Part shown: piece after piece, positions 15,001-28,400 of the stretch
How the letters are laid out: each line of letters opens with the position of its first letter
Position numbering within the stretch: the stretch's first letter is position 1
Source: Mobula hypostoma
Lineage: Eukaryota
Length of the DNA stretch: 64,000 nt
Direction: 5' to 3'
NCBI RefSeq assembly: GCF_963921235.1
Contig: NC_086108.1
Coordinates: forward strand, 17,856,001 to 17,920,000
Made by a program: the position numbers and the translations under genes
The notes under the pieces: model-generated
Database searches by the model: none
What the model was told of the DNA's origin: nothing
The model's input: the letters and a program-made list of their open reading frames with translations, nothing else

Positions 15001-18000
15001 TACAGCAAACCTAATGGAAACACCTTAGGTTAACTTCCCACATGATTCTGAGATGTCTGAAAGTTGTTTCATGCCACTGCAGTGTAAGACAAAAAAGTTG
15101 TTTTCTCAGTGCATACAATGCTTTGACAATACAAATAGTATACATTTCAATTTTACACCAAAGTACTTACAGCAAACCTAATGGAAACACCTTAGGTTAA
15201 CTTCCCACATGATTCTGAGATGTCTGAAAGTTGTTTCATGCCACTGCAGTGTAAGACAAAAAAGTTGTTTTCTCAGTGCATACAATGCTTTGACAATACA
15301 AATAGTATACATTTCAATTTTACCCCAAAGTACTTAAAGCAAACCTAATGGAAACACCTTAGATTAACTTCCCACATGATTCTGAGATGTCTGAAAGTTG
15401 TTTCATGCCTGTGCAGTGTAAGACAAAAAAGTTGTTTTCTCAGTGCATACAAAGCTTTGACAATACAAATAGTATACATTTCAATTTTACACCAAAGTAC
15501 TTACAGCAAACCTAATGGAAACACCTTAGGTTAACTTCCCACATGATTCTGAGATGTCTGAAAGTTGTTTCATGCCACTGCAGTGTAAGACAAAAAAGTT
15601 GTTTTCTCAGTGCATACAATGCTTTGACAATACAAATAGTATACATTTCAATTTTACACCAAAGTACTTACAGCAAACCTAATGGAAACACCTTAGGTTA
15701 ACTTCCCACATGATTCTGAGATGTCTGAAAGTTGTTTCATGCCACTGCAGTGTAAGACAAAAAAGTTGTTTTCTCAGTGCATACAATGCTTTGACAATAC
15801 AAATAGTATACATTTCAATTTTACCCCAAAGTACTTACTGCAAACCTAATGGAAACACCTTAGGTTAACTTCCCACATGATTCTGAGATGTCTGAAAGTT
15901 GTTTCATGCCACTGCAGTGTAAGACAAAAAAGTTGTTTTCTCAGTGCATAGAAAGCTTTGACAATACAAATGGTATACATTTCAATTTTACAGCGAAGTA
16001 CTTACAGCAAACCTAATGGAAACACCTGAGGTTAACTTCCCACATGATTCTGAGAGGTCTGAAAGTTGTTTCATGCCTGTGCAGTGTAAGACAAAAAAGT
16101 TGTTTTCTCAGTGCATACAATGCTTTGACAATACAAATAGTATACATTTCAATTTTACACCAAAGTACTTACTGCAAACCTAATGGAAACACCTTAGGTT
16201 AACTTCCCACATGATTCTGAGATGTCTGAAAGTTGTTTCATGCCACTGCAGTGTAAGACAAAAAAGTTGTTTTCTCAGTGCATACAAAGCTTTGACAATA
16301 CAAATAGTATACATTTCAATTTTACACCAAAGTACTTACAGCAAACCTAATGGAAACACCTTAGGTTAACTTCCCACATGATTCTGAGATGTCTGAAAGT
16401 TGTTTCATGCCACTGCAGGGTAAGACAAAAAAGTTGTTTTCTTCAGTGCATACAATGCTTTGACAATACAAATAGTATACATTTCAATTTTACACCAAAG
16501 TACTTACTGCAAACCTAATGGAAACACCTTAGGTTAACTTCCCACATGATTCTGAGATGTCTGAAAGTTGTTTCATGCCACTGCAGTGTAAGACAAAAAA
16601 GTTGTTTTCTCAGTGCATACAATGCTTTGACAATACAAATAGTATACATTTCAATTTTACACCAAAGTACTTACAGCAAACCTAATGGAAACACCTTAGG
16701 TTAACTTCCCACATGATTCTGAGATGTCTGAAAGTTGTTTCATGCCACTGCAGTGTAAGACAAAAAAGTTGTTTTCTCAGTGCATACAATGCTTTGACAA
16801 TACAAATAGTATATATTTCAATTTTACCCCAAAGTACTTACTGCAAACCTAATGGAAACACCTTAGGTTAACTTCCCACATGATTCTGAGATGTCTGAAA
16901 GTTGTTTCATGCCACTGCAGTGTAAGACAAAAAAGTTGTTTTCTCAGTGCATACAAAGCTTTGACAATACAAATAGTATACATTTCAATTTTATAGCAAA
17001 GTACTTACTGCAAACCTAATGGAAACACCTTAGGTTAACTTCCCACATGATTCTGAGATGTCTGAAAGTTGTTTCATGCCACTGCAGTGTAAGACAAAAA
17101 AGTTGTTTTCTCAGTGCATACAATGCTTTGACAATACAAATAGTATACATTTCAATTTTACCCCAAAGTACTTACAGCAAACCTAATGGAAACACCTTAG
17201 GTTAACTTCCCACATGATTCTGAGATGTCTGAAAGTTGTTTCATGCCTGTGCAGTGTAAGACAAAAAAGTTGTTTTCTCAGTGCATACAATGCTTTGACA
17301 ATACAAATAGTATACATTTCAATTTTACACCAAAGTACTTACTGCAAACCTAATGGAAACACCTTAGGTTAACTTCCCACATGATTCTGAGATGTCTGAA
17401 AGTTGTTTCATGCCACTGCAGTGTAAGACAAAAAAGTTGTTTTCTCAGTGCATACAATGCTTTGACAATACAAATAGTATACATTTCAATTTTACCCCAA
17501 AGTACTTACAGCAAACCTAATGGAAACACCTTAGGTTAACTTCCCACATGATTCTGAGATGTCTGAAAGTTGTTTCATGCCACTGCAGTGTAAGACAAAA
17601 AAGTTGTTTTCTCAGTGCATACAAAGCTTTGACAATACAAATAGTATACATTTCAATTTTACCCCAAAGTACTTACAGTAAACCTAATGGAAACAGCTCA
17701 GGTTAACTTCCCACATGATTCTGAGATGTCTGAAAGTTGTTTCATGCCAGTGCAGTGTAAGACAAAAAAGTTGTTTTCTCAGTGCATACAATGCTTTGAC
17801 AATACAAATAGTATACATTTCAATTTTACACCAAAGTACTTACTACTAACCTAATGGAAACACCTTAGGTTAACTTCCCACATGGTTCTGAGATGTCTGA
17901 AAGTTGTTTCATGCCAGTGCAGTGTAAGACAAAAAAGTTGTTTTCTCAGTGCATACAATGCTTTGACAATACAACTAGTATGCATTTCAATTTTACACCA

Positions 18001-21000
18001 AAGTACTTACTGCAAACCTAATGGAAACACCTTAGGTTAACTTCCCACATGATTCTGAGATGTCTGAAAGTTGTTTCATGCCAGTGCAGTGTAAGACAAA
18101 AAAGTTGTTTTCTCAGTGCATACAATGCTTTGACAATACAACTAGTATACTTTTCAATTTTACACCAAAGCACTTACAGCAAACCTAATGGAAACACCTT
18201 AGGTTAACTTCCCACATGATTCTGAGATGTCTGAAAGTTGTTTCATGCCACTGCAGTGTAAGACAAAAAAGTTGTTTTCTCAGTGCATACAATGCTTTGA
18301 CAATACAAGTAGTATACATTTCAATTTTACACCAAAGTACTTACAGCAAACCTAATGGAAACACCTTAGGTTAACTTCCCACATGATTCTGAGATGTCTG
18401 AAAGTTGTTTCATGCCACTGCAGTGTAAGACAAAAAAGTTGTTTTCTCAGTGCATACAATGCTTTGACAATACAAATAGTATACATTTCAATTTTACCCC
18501 AAAGTACTTACAGCAAACCTAATGGAAACACCTTAGGTTAACTTCCCACATGATTCTGAGATGTCTGAAAGTTGTTTCATGCCACTGCAGTGTAAGACAA
18601 AAAAGTTGTTTTCTCAGTGCATACAATGCTTTGACAATACAAATAGTATACATTTCAATTTTACACCAAAGTACTTACAGCAAACCTAATGGAAACACCT
18701 TAGGTTAACTTCCCACATGATTCTGAGATGTCTGAAAGTTGTTTCATGCCACTGCAGTGTAAGACAAAAAAGTTGTTTTCTCAGTGCATACAATGCTTTG
18801 ACAATACAAATAGTATACATTTCAATTTTACACAAAGTACTTACAGCAAACCTAATGGAAACACCTTAGGTTAACTTCCCACATGATTCTGAGATGTCTG
18901 AAAGTTGTTTCATGCCACTGCAGTGTAAGACAAAAAAGTTGTTTTCTCAGTGCATACAATGCTTTGACAATACAAATAGTATACATTTCAATTTTACACC
19001 AAAGTACTTACTGCAAACCTAATGGAAACACCTTAGGTTAACTTCCCACATGATTCTGAGATGTCTGAAAGTTGTTTCATGCCACTGCAGTGTAAGACAA
19101 AAAAGTTGTTTTCTCAGTGCATACAATGCTTTGACAATACAAATAGTATACATTTCAATTTTACCCCAAAGTACTTACAGCAAACCTAATGGAAACACCT
19201 TAGGTTAACTTCCCACATGATTCTGAGATGTCTGAAAGTTGTTTCATGCCACTGCAGTGTAAGACAAAAAAGTTGTTTTCTCAGTGCATACAATGCTTTG
19301 ACAATACAACTAGTATACATATCAATTTTACACCAAAGTACTTACAGCAAACCTAATGGAAACACCTTAGGTTAACTTCCCACATGATTCTGAGATGTCT
19401 GAAAGTTGTTTCATGCCACTGCAGTGTAAGACAAAAAAGTTGTTTTCTCAGTGCATACAATGCTTTGACAATACAAGTAGTATACATTTCAATTTTACAC
19501 CAAAGTACTTACTGCAAACCTAATGGAAACACCTTAGGTTAACTTCCCACATGATTCTGAGATGTCTGAAAGTTGTTTCATGCCACTGCAGTGTAAGACA
19601 AAAAAGTTGTTTTCTCAGTGCATACAAAGCTTTGACAATACAAATAGTATACATTTCAATTTTACCCAAAGTACTTACAGCAAACCTAATGGAAACACCT
19701 TAGGTTAACTTCCCACATGATTCTGAGATGTCTGAAAGTTGTTTCATGCCACTGCAGTGTAAGACAAAAAAGTTGTTTTCTCAGTGCATACAATGCTTTG
19801 ACAATACAAATAGTATACATTTCAATTTTACCCCAAAGTACTTACTGCAAACCTAATGGAAACACCTTAGGTTAACTTCCCACATGATTCTGAGATGTCT
19901 GAAAGTTGTTTCATGCCACTGCAGTGTAAGACAAAAAAGTTGTTTTCTCAGTGCATACAATGCTTTGACAATACAAATAGTATACATTTCAATTTTACAC
20001 CAAAGTACTTACTGCAAACCTAATGGAAACACCTTAGGTTAACTTCCCACATGATTCTGAGATGTCTGAAAGTTGTTTCATGCCACTGCAGTGTAAGACA
20101 AAAAAGTTGTTTTCTCAGTGCATACAATGCTTTGACAATACAAATAGTATACATATCAATTTTACACCAAAGAACTTACAGCAAACCTAATGGAAACACC
20201 TTAGGTTAACTTCCCACATGATTCTGAGATGTCTGAAAGTTGTTTCATGCCACTGCAGTGTAAGACAAAAAAGTTGTTTTCTCAGTGCATACAATGCTTT
20301 GACAATACAAATAGTATACATTTCAATTTTACAGCAAAGTACTTACTGCAAACCTAATGGAAACACCTTAGGTTAACTTCCCACATGATTCTGAGATGTC
20401 TGAAAGTTGTTTCATGCCACTGCAGTGTAAGACAAAAAAGTTGTTTTCTCAGTGCATACAATGCTTTGACAATACAAATAGTATATATTTCAATTTTGCC
20501 CCAAAGTACTTACTGCAAACCTAATGGAAACACCTTAGGTTAACTTCCCACATGATTCTGAGATGTCTGAAAGTTGTTTCATGACACTGCAGTGTAAGAC
20601 AAAAAAAGGTTGTTTTCTCAGTGCATACAATGCTTTGACAATACAAATAGTATACATTTCAATTTCACCGCAAAGTACTTACAGCAAACCTAATGGAAAC
20701 ACCTCAGGTTAACTTCCCACATGATTCTGAGTTGTCTGAAAGTTGTTTCATGCCACTGCAGGGTAAGACAAAAAAGTTGTTTTTTTCAGTGCATACAATG
20801 CTTTGGAAATACAAATAGTATACATTTCAATTTTACAGCAAAGTACTTACTGCAAACCTAATGGAAACACCTTAGGTTAACTTCCCACATGATTCTGAGA
20901 TGTCTGAAAGTTGTTTCATGCCTGTGCAGTGTAAGACAAAAAAGTTGTTTTCTCAGTGCATACAATGCTTTGACAATACAAATAGTATACATTTCAATTT

Positions 21001-24000
21001 TACCCCAAAGTACTTACAGCAAACCTAATGGAAACACCTTAGGTTAACTTCCCACATGATTCTGAGATGTCTGAAAGTTGTTTCATGCCACTGCAGTGTA
21101 AGACAAAAAAGTTGTTTTCTCAGTGCATAGAAAGCTTTGACAATACAAATGGTATACATTTCAATTTTACACCAAAGTACTTACAGCAAACCTAATGGAA
21201 ACACCTTAGGTTAACTTCCCACATGATTCTGAGATGTCTGAAAGTTGTTTCATGCCACTGCAGTGTAAGACAAAAAAGTTGTTTTCTCAGTGCATACAAA
21301 GCTTTGACAATACAAATAGTATACATTTCAATTTTACACCAAAGTACTTACTGCAAACCTAATGGAAACACCTTAGGTTAACTTCCCACATGATTCTGAG
21401 ATGTCTGAAAGTTGTTTCATGCCACTGCAGTGTAAGACAAAAAAGTTGTTTTCTCAGTGCATACAATGCTTTGACAATACAAATAGTATACATTTCAATT
21501 TTACCCCAAAGTACTTACAGCAAACCTAATGGAAACACCTTAGGTTAACTTCCCACATGATTCTGAGATGTCTGAAAGTTGTTTCATGCCTGTGCAGTGT
21601 AAGACAAAAAAGTTGTTTTCTCAGTGCATACAATGCTTTGACAATACAAATAGTATACATTTCAATTTTACACCAAAGTACTTACTGCAAACCTAATGGA
21701 AACACCTTAGGTTAACTTCCCACATGATTCTGAGATGTCTGAAAGTTGTTTCATGCCTGTGCAGTGTAAGACAAAAAAGTTGTTTTCTCAGTGCATACAA
21801 TGCTTTGACAATACAAATAGTATACATTTCAATTTTACACCAAAGTACTTACAGCAAACCTAATGGAAACACCTTAGGTTAACTTCCCACATGATTCTGA
21901 GATGTCTGAAAGTTGTTTCATGCCACTGCAGTGTAAGACAAAAAAGTTGTTTTCTCAGTGCATACAATGCTTTGACAATACAAGTAGTATACATTTCAAT
22001 TTTACACCAAAGTACTTACTGCAAACCTAATGGAAACACCTTAGGTTAACTTCCCACATGATTCTGAGATGTCTGAAAGTTGTTTCATGCCACTGCAGTG
22101 TAAGACAAAAAAGTTGTTTTCTCAGTGCATAGAATGCTTTGACAATACAAATAGTATACATTTCAATTTTACACCAAAGTACTTACAGCAAACCTAATGG
22201 AAACACCTTAGGTTAACTTCCCACATGATTCTGAGATGTCTGAAAGTTGTTTCATGCCTGTGCAGTGTAAGACAAAAAAGTTGTTTTCTCAGTGCATACA
22301 ATGCTTTGACAATACAAGTAGTATACATTTCAATTTTACACCAAAGTACTTACTGCAAACCTAATGGAAACACCTTAGGTTAACTTCCCACATGATTCTG
22401 AGATGTCTGAAAGTTGTTTCATGCCACTGCAGTGTAAGACAAAAAAGTTGTTTTCTCAGTGCATACAATGCTTTGACAATACAAATAGTATATATTTCAA
22501 TTTTACCCCAAAGTACTTACAGCAAACCTAATGGAAACACCTTAGGTTAACTTCCCACATGATTCTGAGATGTCTGAAAGTTGTTTCATGCCACTGCAGT
22601 GTAAGACAAAAAAGTTGTTTTCTCAGTGCATACAATGCTTTGACAATACAAATAGTATACATTTCAATTTTACACCAAAGTACTTACTGCAAACCTAATG
22701 GAAACACCTTAGGTTAACTTCCCACATGATTCTGAGATGTCTGAAAGTTGTTTCATGCCACTGCAGTGTAAGACAAAAAAGTTGTTTTCTCAGTGCATAC
22801 AATGCTTTGACAATACAAATGGTATACATTTCAATTTTACAGCGAAGTACTTACAGCAAACCTAATGGAAACACCTGAGGTTAACTTCCCACATGATTCT
22901 GAGATGTCTGAAAGTTGTTTCATGCCTGTGCAGTGTAAGACAAAAAAGTTGTTTTCTCAGTGCATACAATGCTTTGACAATACAAATAGTATACATTTCA
23001 ATTTTACACCAAAGTACTTACAGCAAACCTAATGGAAACACCTTAGGTTAACTTCCCACATGATTCTGAGATGTCTGAAAGTTGTTTCATGCCACTGCAG
23101 TGTAAGACAAAAAAGTTGTTTTCTCAGTGCATACAATGCTTTGACAATACAAATAGTATACATTTCAATTTTACCCCAAAGTACTTACTGCAAACCTAAT
23201 GGAAACACCTTAGGTTAACTTCCCACATGATTCTGAGATGTCTGAATGTTGTTTCATGCCACTGCAGTGTAAGACAAAAAAGTTGTTTTCTCAGTGCATA
23301 CAATGCTTTAACAATACAAATAGAATACATTTCAATTTTACACCAAAGTACTTACAGCAAACCTAATGGAAACACCTTAGGTTAACTTCCCACATGATTC
23401 TGAGATGTCTGAAAGTTGTTTCATGCCTGTGCAGTGTAAGACAAAAAAGTTGTTTTCTCAGTGCATACAATGCTTTGACAATACAAGTAGTATACATTTC
23501 AATTTTACACCAAAGTACTTACTGCAAACCTAATGGAAACACCTTAGGTTAACTTCCCACATGATTCTGAGATGTCTGAAAGTTGTTTCATGCCACTGCA
23601 GTGTAAGACAAAAAAGTTGTTTTCTCAGTGCATACAATGCTTTGACAATACAAATAGTATATATTTCAATTTTACCCCAAAGTACTTACAGCAAACCTAA
23701 TGGAAACACCTTATGTTAACTTCCCACATGATTCTGAGATGTCTGAAAGTTGTTTCATGCCACTGCAGTGTAAGACAAAAAAGTTGTTTTCTCAGTGCAT
23801 ACAATGCTTTGACAATACAAATAGTATACATTTCAATTTTACACCAAAGTACTTACTGCAAACCTAATGGAAACACCTTAGGTTAACTTCCCACATGATT
23901 CTGAGATGTCTGAAAGTTGTTTCATGCCACTGCAGTGTAAGACAAAAAAGTTGTTTTCTCAGTGCATACAATGCTTTGACAATACAAGTGGTATACATTT

Positions 24001-25436
24001 CAATTTTACACCAAAGTACTTACAGCAAACCTAATGGAAACACCTTAGGTTAACTTCCCACATGATTCTGAGATGTCTGAAAGTTGTTTCATGCCACTGC
24101 AGTGTAAGACAAAAAAGTTGTTTTCTCAGTGCATACAATGCTTTGACAATACAAATAGTATATATTTCAATTTTACACCAAAGTACTTACTGCAAACCTA
24201 ATGGAAACACCTTAGGTTAACTTCCCACATGATTCTGAGATGTCTGAAAGTTGTTTCATGCCACTGCAGTGTAAGACAAAAAAGTTGTTTTCTCAGTGCA
24301 TACAAAGCTTTGACAATACAAATAGTATACATTTCAATTTTACCCCAAAGTACTTACAGCAAACCTAATGGAAACACCTTAGGTTAACTTCCCACATGAT
24401 TCTGAGATGTCTGAAAGTTGTTTCATGCCACTGCAGTGTAAGACAAAAAAGTTGTTTTCTCAGTGCATACAATGCTTTGACAATACAAGTAGTATACATT
24501 TCAATTTTACACCAAAGTACTTACTGCAAACCTAATGGAAACACCTTAGGTTAACTTCCCACATGATTCTGAGATGTCTGAAAGTTGTTTCATGCCTGTG
24601 CAGTGTAAGACAAAAAAGTTGTTTTCTCAGTGCATACAATGCTTTGACAATACAAATAGTATACATTTCAATTTTACACCAAAGTACTTACAGCAAACCT
24701 AATGGAAACACCTTAGGTTAACTTCCCACATGATTCTGAGATGTCTGAAAGTTGTTTCATGCCTGTGCAGTGGAAGACAAAAAAGTTGTTTTCTCAGTGC
24801 ATACAGTGCTTTGACAATAGAAGTAGTATACATTTCAATTTTACACCAAAGTACTTACTGCAAACCTAATGGAAACACCTTAGGTTAACTTCCCACATGA
24901 TTCTGAGATGTCTGAAAGTTGTTTCATGCCACTGCAGTGTAAGACAAAAAAGTTGTTTTCTCAGTGCATACAATGCTTTGACAATACAAATAGTATATAT
25001 TTCAATTTTACCCCAAAGTACTTACAGTAAACCTAATGGAAACAGCTCAGGTTAACTTCCCACATGATTCTGAGATGTCTGAAAGTTGTTTCATGATTGT
25101 GCAGTGTAAGACAAAAATGTTGTTTTCTCACTGCATACAATGCTTTGAAAATACAACTAGTATACATTTCAATTTTACACCAAAGTACTTACTGCAAACC
25201 TAATGGAAACACCTTAGGTTAACTTCCCACATGATTCTGAGATGTCTGAAAGTTGTTTCATGCCACTGCAGTGTAAGACAAAAAAGTTGTTTTCTCAGTG
25301 CATACAAAACTTTGACAATACAACTAGTATACATTTCAATTTTACCCCAAAGTACTTTCAGCAAACGTAATGGAAACACCTTATGTTAACTTCCCAGATG
25401 ATTCTGAGTTGTCTGAAAGTTGTTTCATGCCACTGC
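1..25436. repeat. Homogeneous 167-bp tandem satellite array, ~152 monomers in window, continuing beyond the left edge; putative centromeric satellite
   Basis: TTAGGTTAACTTCCCACATG at 1 recurs at 168 and at 1671 (10 x 167). Monomers differ by only a few SNPs or 1-bp indels. AT-rich, no CpG in the consensus, one HpaI/PstI/ScaI site per typical unit. The last unit switches to the divergent type at CACTGC|TCATCAAG (~25436). Centromeric role is inferred. Confidence 0.97.
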
Positions 25437-28400
25437 TCATCAAGAGAAAAAAATTGATTTGTCAGTGCATACAGTGCAGTGGCATTGAAAGAAGTTTACA
25501 TTTCAATTTTACTCAAAGGTACTGACTGCAAAGCTGATGGAAACATTTTAAGATTACTCCCCACATCATTCTGAGTTGTTCAGGACCTGTTACATCACTC
25601 AGCTCCTCAAGATAAAAAAGTTGATTTCTCAGTGCATTCAGTGCTTTGGCTTTGAAAGAAGTATGTATTTCAATTTTACTCAATAGTACTGAATGCAAAC
25701 CTCATGGAAACATCTTAACATAACTCCCCACATGAGTCTGAGTTGTTCAGAACCTGTTACATCACTCATCTCCTGAAGATAAAGAAGTTCTTTTCTCAGT
25801 GCATACAGTGCTTTGGCATTAAAAGATGTATGTATATCAAGTTTACTCAAAGGTACTGACTGAAACCCTTATGGAAACATATTGATGTAAATCCCCACAT
25901 GATTCTGAGTTGTCTGGGAGCTATTATATCACTTTGCTATTCAAGATAAAAAAGTTGATTTCTCAGTGCATACTGTGCTTTGGCATTGAAAGAACTATGT
26001 ATTTCAATTTTACTCACTAGTACTGAATGCAAACCTCATGGAAACATCTTAATATAACTCCCCACATGATTCTGAGATGTTCAGGACCTGTAACATCACT
26101 CAGCTCCTCAATATAAAAAAGTAGATTTCTCAGTGCCTACAGTGTAGTGGCATTGAAAGAAGTATACATTTCGATTTTACTCAAAAGTATTGAGTGCAAA
26201 GCTGATGGAAACATCTTAACATAACTCCCCACATGATTCAGAGTTGGTCAGGACCAGTTACATCATTCAGCTCCTCAAGGTAAACAAGTTGTTTTCTCAG
26301 TGCATGCAGTGCTTTGGCATTAAAAGAAATAGGTATTACAATTTTACTCAAAGGTTCTGACTGAAAACCTTATGGAAACATCTTAATATAATTCTGCACA
26401 TGATTCTGAGTTGTCTGGGAGCTGTTATATCACTTTGCTATTCAGGATAAAAAAAGTTGATTTCGCAGTGCATACAGTGCTTTGTCAATAAGTAGTATAC
26501 ATTTCAAATTTACACTAAAGTACTTACGGCAAACCTAATGGAAACACCTGAGACTAACTTCCCACATGAATATGAATAGTTTGAAAGTTGTTTTATGCCT
26601 CTGCTCATCAAGAGAGAAAAGTTGATTTCTCAGTGCATACAGGGCAGTGGCATTGAAAGAAGTATACATTTCAATTTTACTCAAAGGTACTGGCTGAAAA
26701 CCTGATGGAAATATCTTAACATAACTCCCCACATGATTCTGAGTTGTTCAGCACCTGTTACATCAGTCAGCTCCTCAAGATAAAAAAGTTGATTTGTCAG
26801 TGCATACAGTGCTTTGGAATTAAAAGAAGTATGTATATCAAGTTTACTCAAAGGTACTGACTGAAACCCTTATGGAAACATCTTAACATAACTCCCCACA
26901 TGATTCTGAGTTGTCTGGGAGCTATTATATCACTTTGCTATTCAAGATAAAAAAAGTTGATTTCTCAGTGCATACAGTGCTTTGGCATTGAAATAACTAT
27001 GTACTTCAATTTTACTCACCAGTACTGAATGCAAACCTGATGGAAACATCTTAATATAACTCCCCACATGATTCTGAGATGATCAGGACCTGTAACATCA
27101 CTCAGCTCCTCAATATAAAAAAGTTGATTTCTCAGTGCATACAGTGTAGTGGCATTGAAAGAAGTATACATTTCAATTTTACTCAAAAGTACTGACTGCA
27201 AAGCTGATGGAAACATCTTAACATAACTCCCCACATGATTCAGAGTTGTTCAGGACCAGTTACATCATTCAGCTCCTCAAGGTAAACAAGCTGATTTCTC
27301 AGTGCATGCAGTGCTTTGGCATTAAAAGAAGTAGGTATTACAATTTTACTCAAAGGTACTGACTGAAAACCTTATGGAAACATCTTAATATAAATCTGCA
27401 CATGATTCTGAGTTGACTGGGAGCTGTTATATGACTTTGCTATTCAGGATAAAAAAGTTTATTTCTCAGTGCATTCCGTGCTTTGTCAATAAGTTTTATA
27501 CATTTCAATTTTACACTGAAGTATTTATGGCAAACCTAATGGAAACACCTTAGTTTAACGTCCCACATGATTATGAGTAGTTTGAAAGTTGTTTCATGAC
27601 TCTGCTCATGAAGAGAAAAAAGTTGATTTCTCAGTGCATACAGTGCATTGGCATTAAAAGAACTATGTATTTCAATTTTACTCGAAGGTACTGACTGCAA
27701 CCCTTATGGAAACATCTTAATATAAATCCCCACATGATTTTGAGTTGTCTGGGAGCTGTTATATCACTTTGCAATTCAGGATAAAAAAGGTTGATTTCTC
27801 AGTGCATACAGTGCTTTGCCATTGAAAGAACTATGTATTTCATTTTTACTCACTAGTACTGAATGCAAACCTCATGGAAACATCTTAATATAACTAGCCA
27901 CATGATTCTGAGATGTTCAGGACCTGTAACATCACTCAGCTCCTCAAGATAAAAAAGTTGATTTCTCAGTGCATACAGTGCTTTGGCATTAAAAGAAGTA
28001 TCTATTTCAATTGTACTCAATAGTACTGAATGCAAACCTCATGGAAACATCTTAATATAACTCCCCACATGATACTGAGATTTTCAGGACCTGTTACTTC
28101 ACTCAGCTCCTCAAGATAAAAAAGTTGATTTCTCAGTACATACAGTGCAGTGGCATTGAACGAAGTATACGTTTCAATTTTACTCAAAGGTACTGACTGC
28201 AAACCTTATGGAAACATCTTAACATAACTCCCCACATGTTTCTGAGTTGTTCAGGACCTGTTACATCACTCAGCTCCTCAAGGTAAAAAAGTTGATTTCT
28301 CAGTGCATAAAGTGCATTGGCATTAAAAGAAGTATGTATTTCAATTTTACTCAAAGGTACTGACTGCAAACCTTATGGAAACATCTTAATATAAATCCCC

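Noticed and set aside
26707..26743. GGAAATATCTTAACATAA...ATTCTGAG resembles a stretch of primate alpha satellite as I recall it
   Set aside because: Short AT-rich match, best in a single monomer, with no similarity over the rest of the unit. It cannot be told from chance without a shuffled-control alignment.
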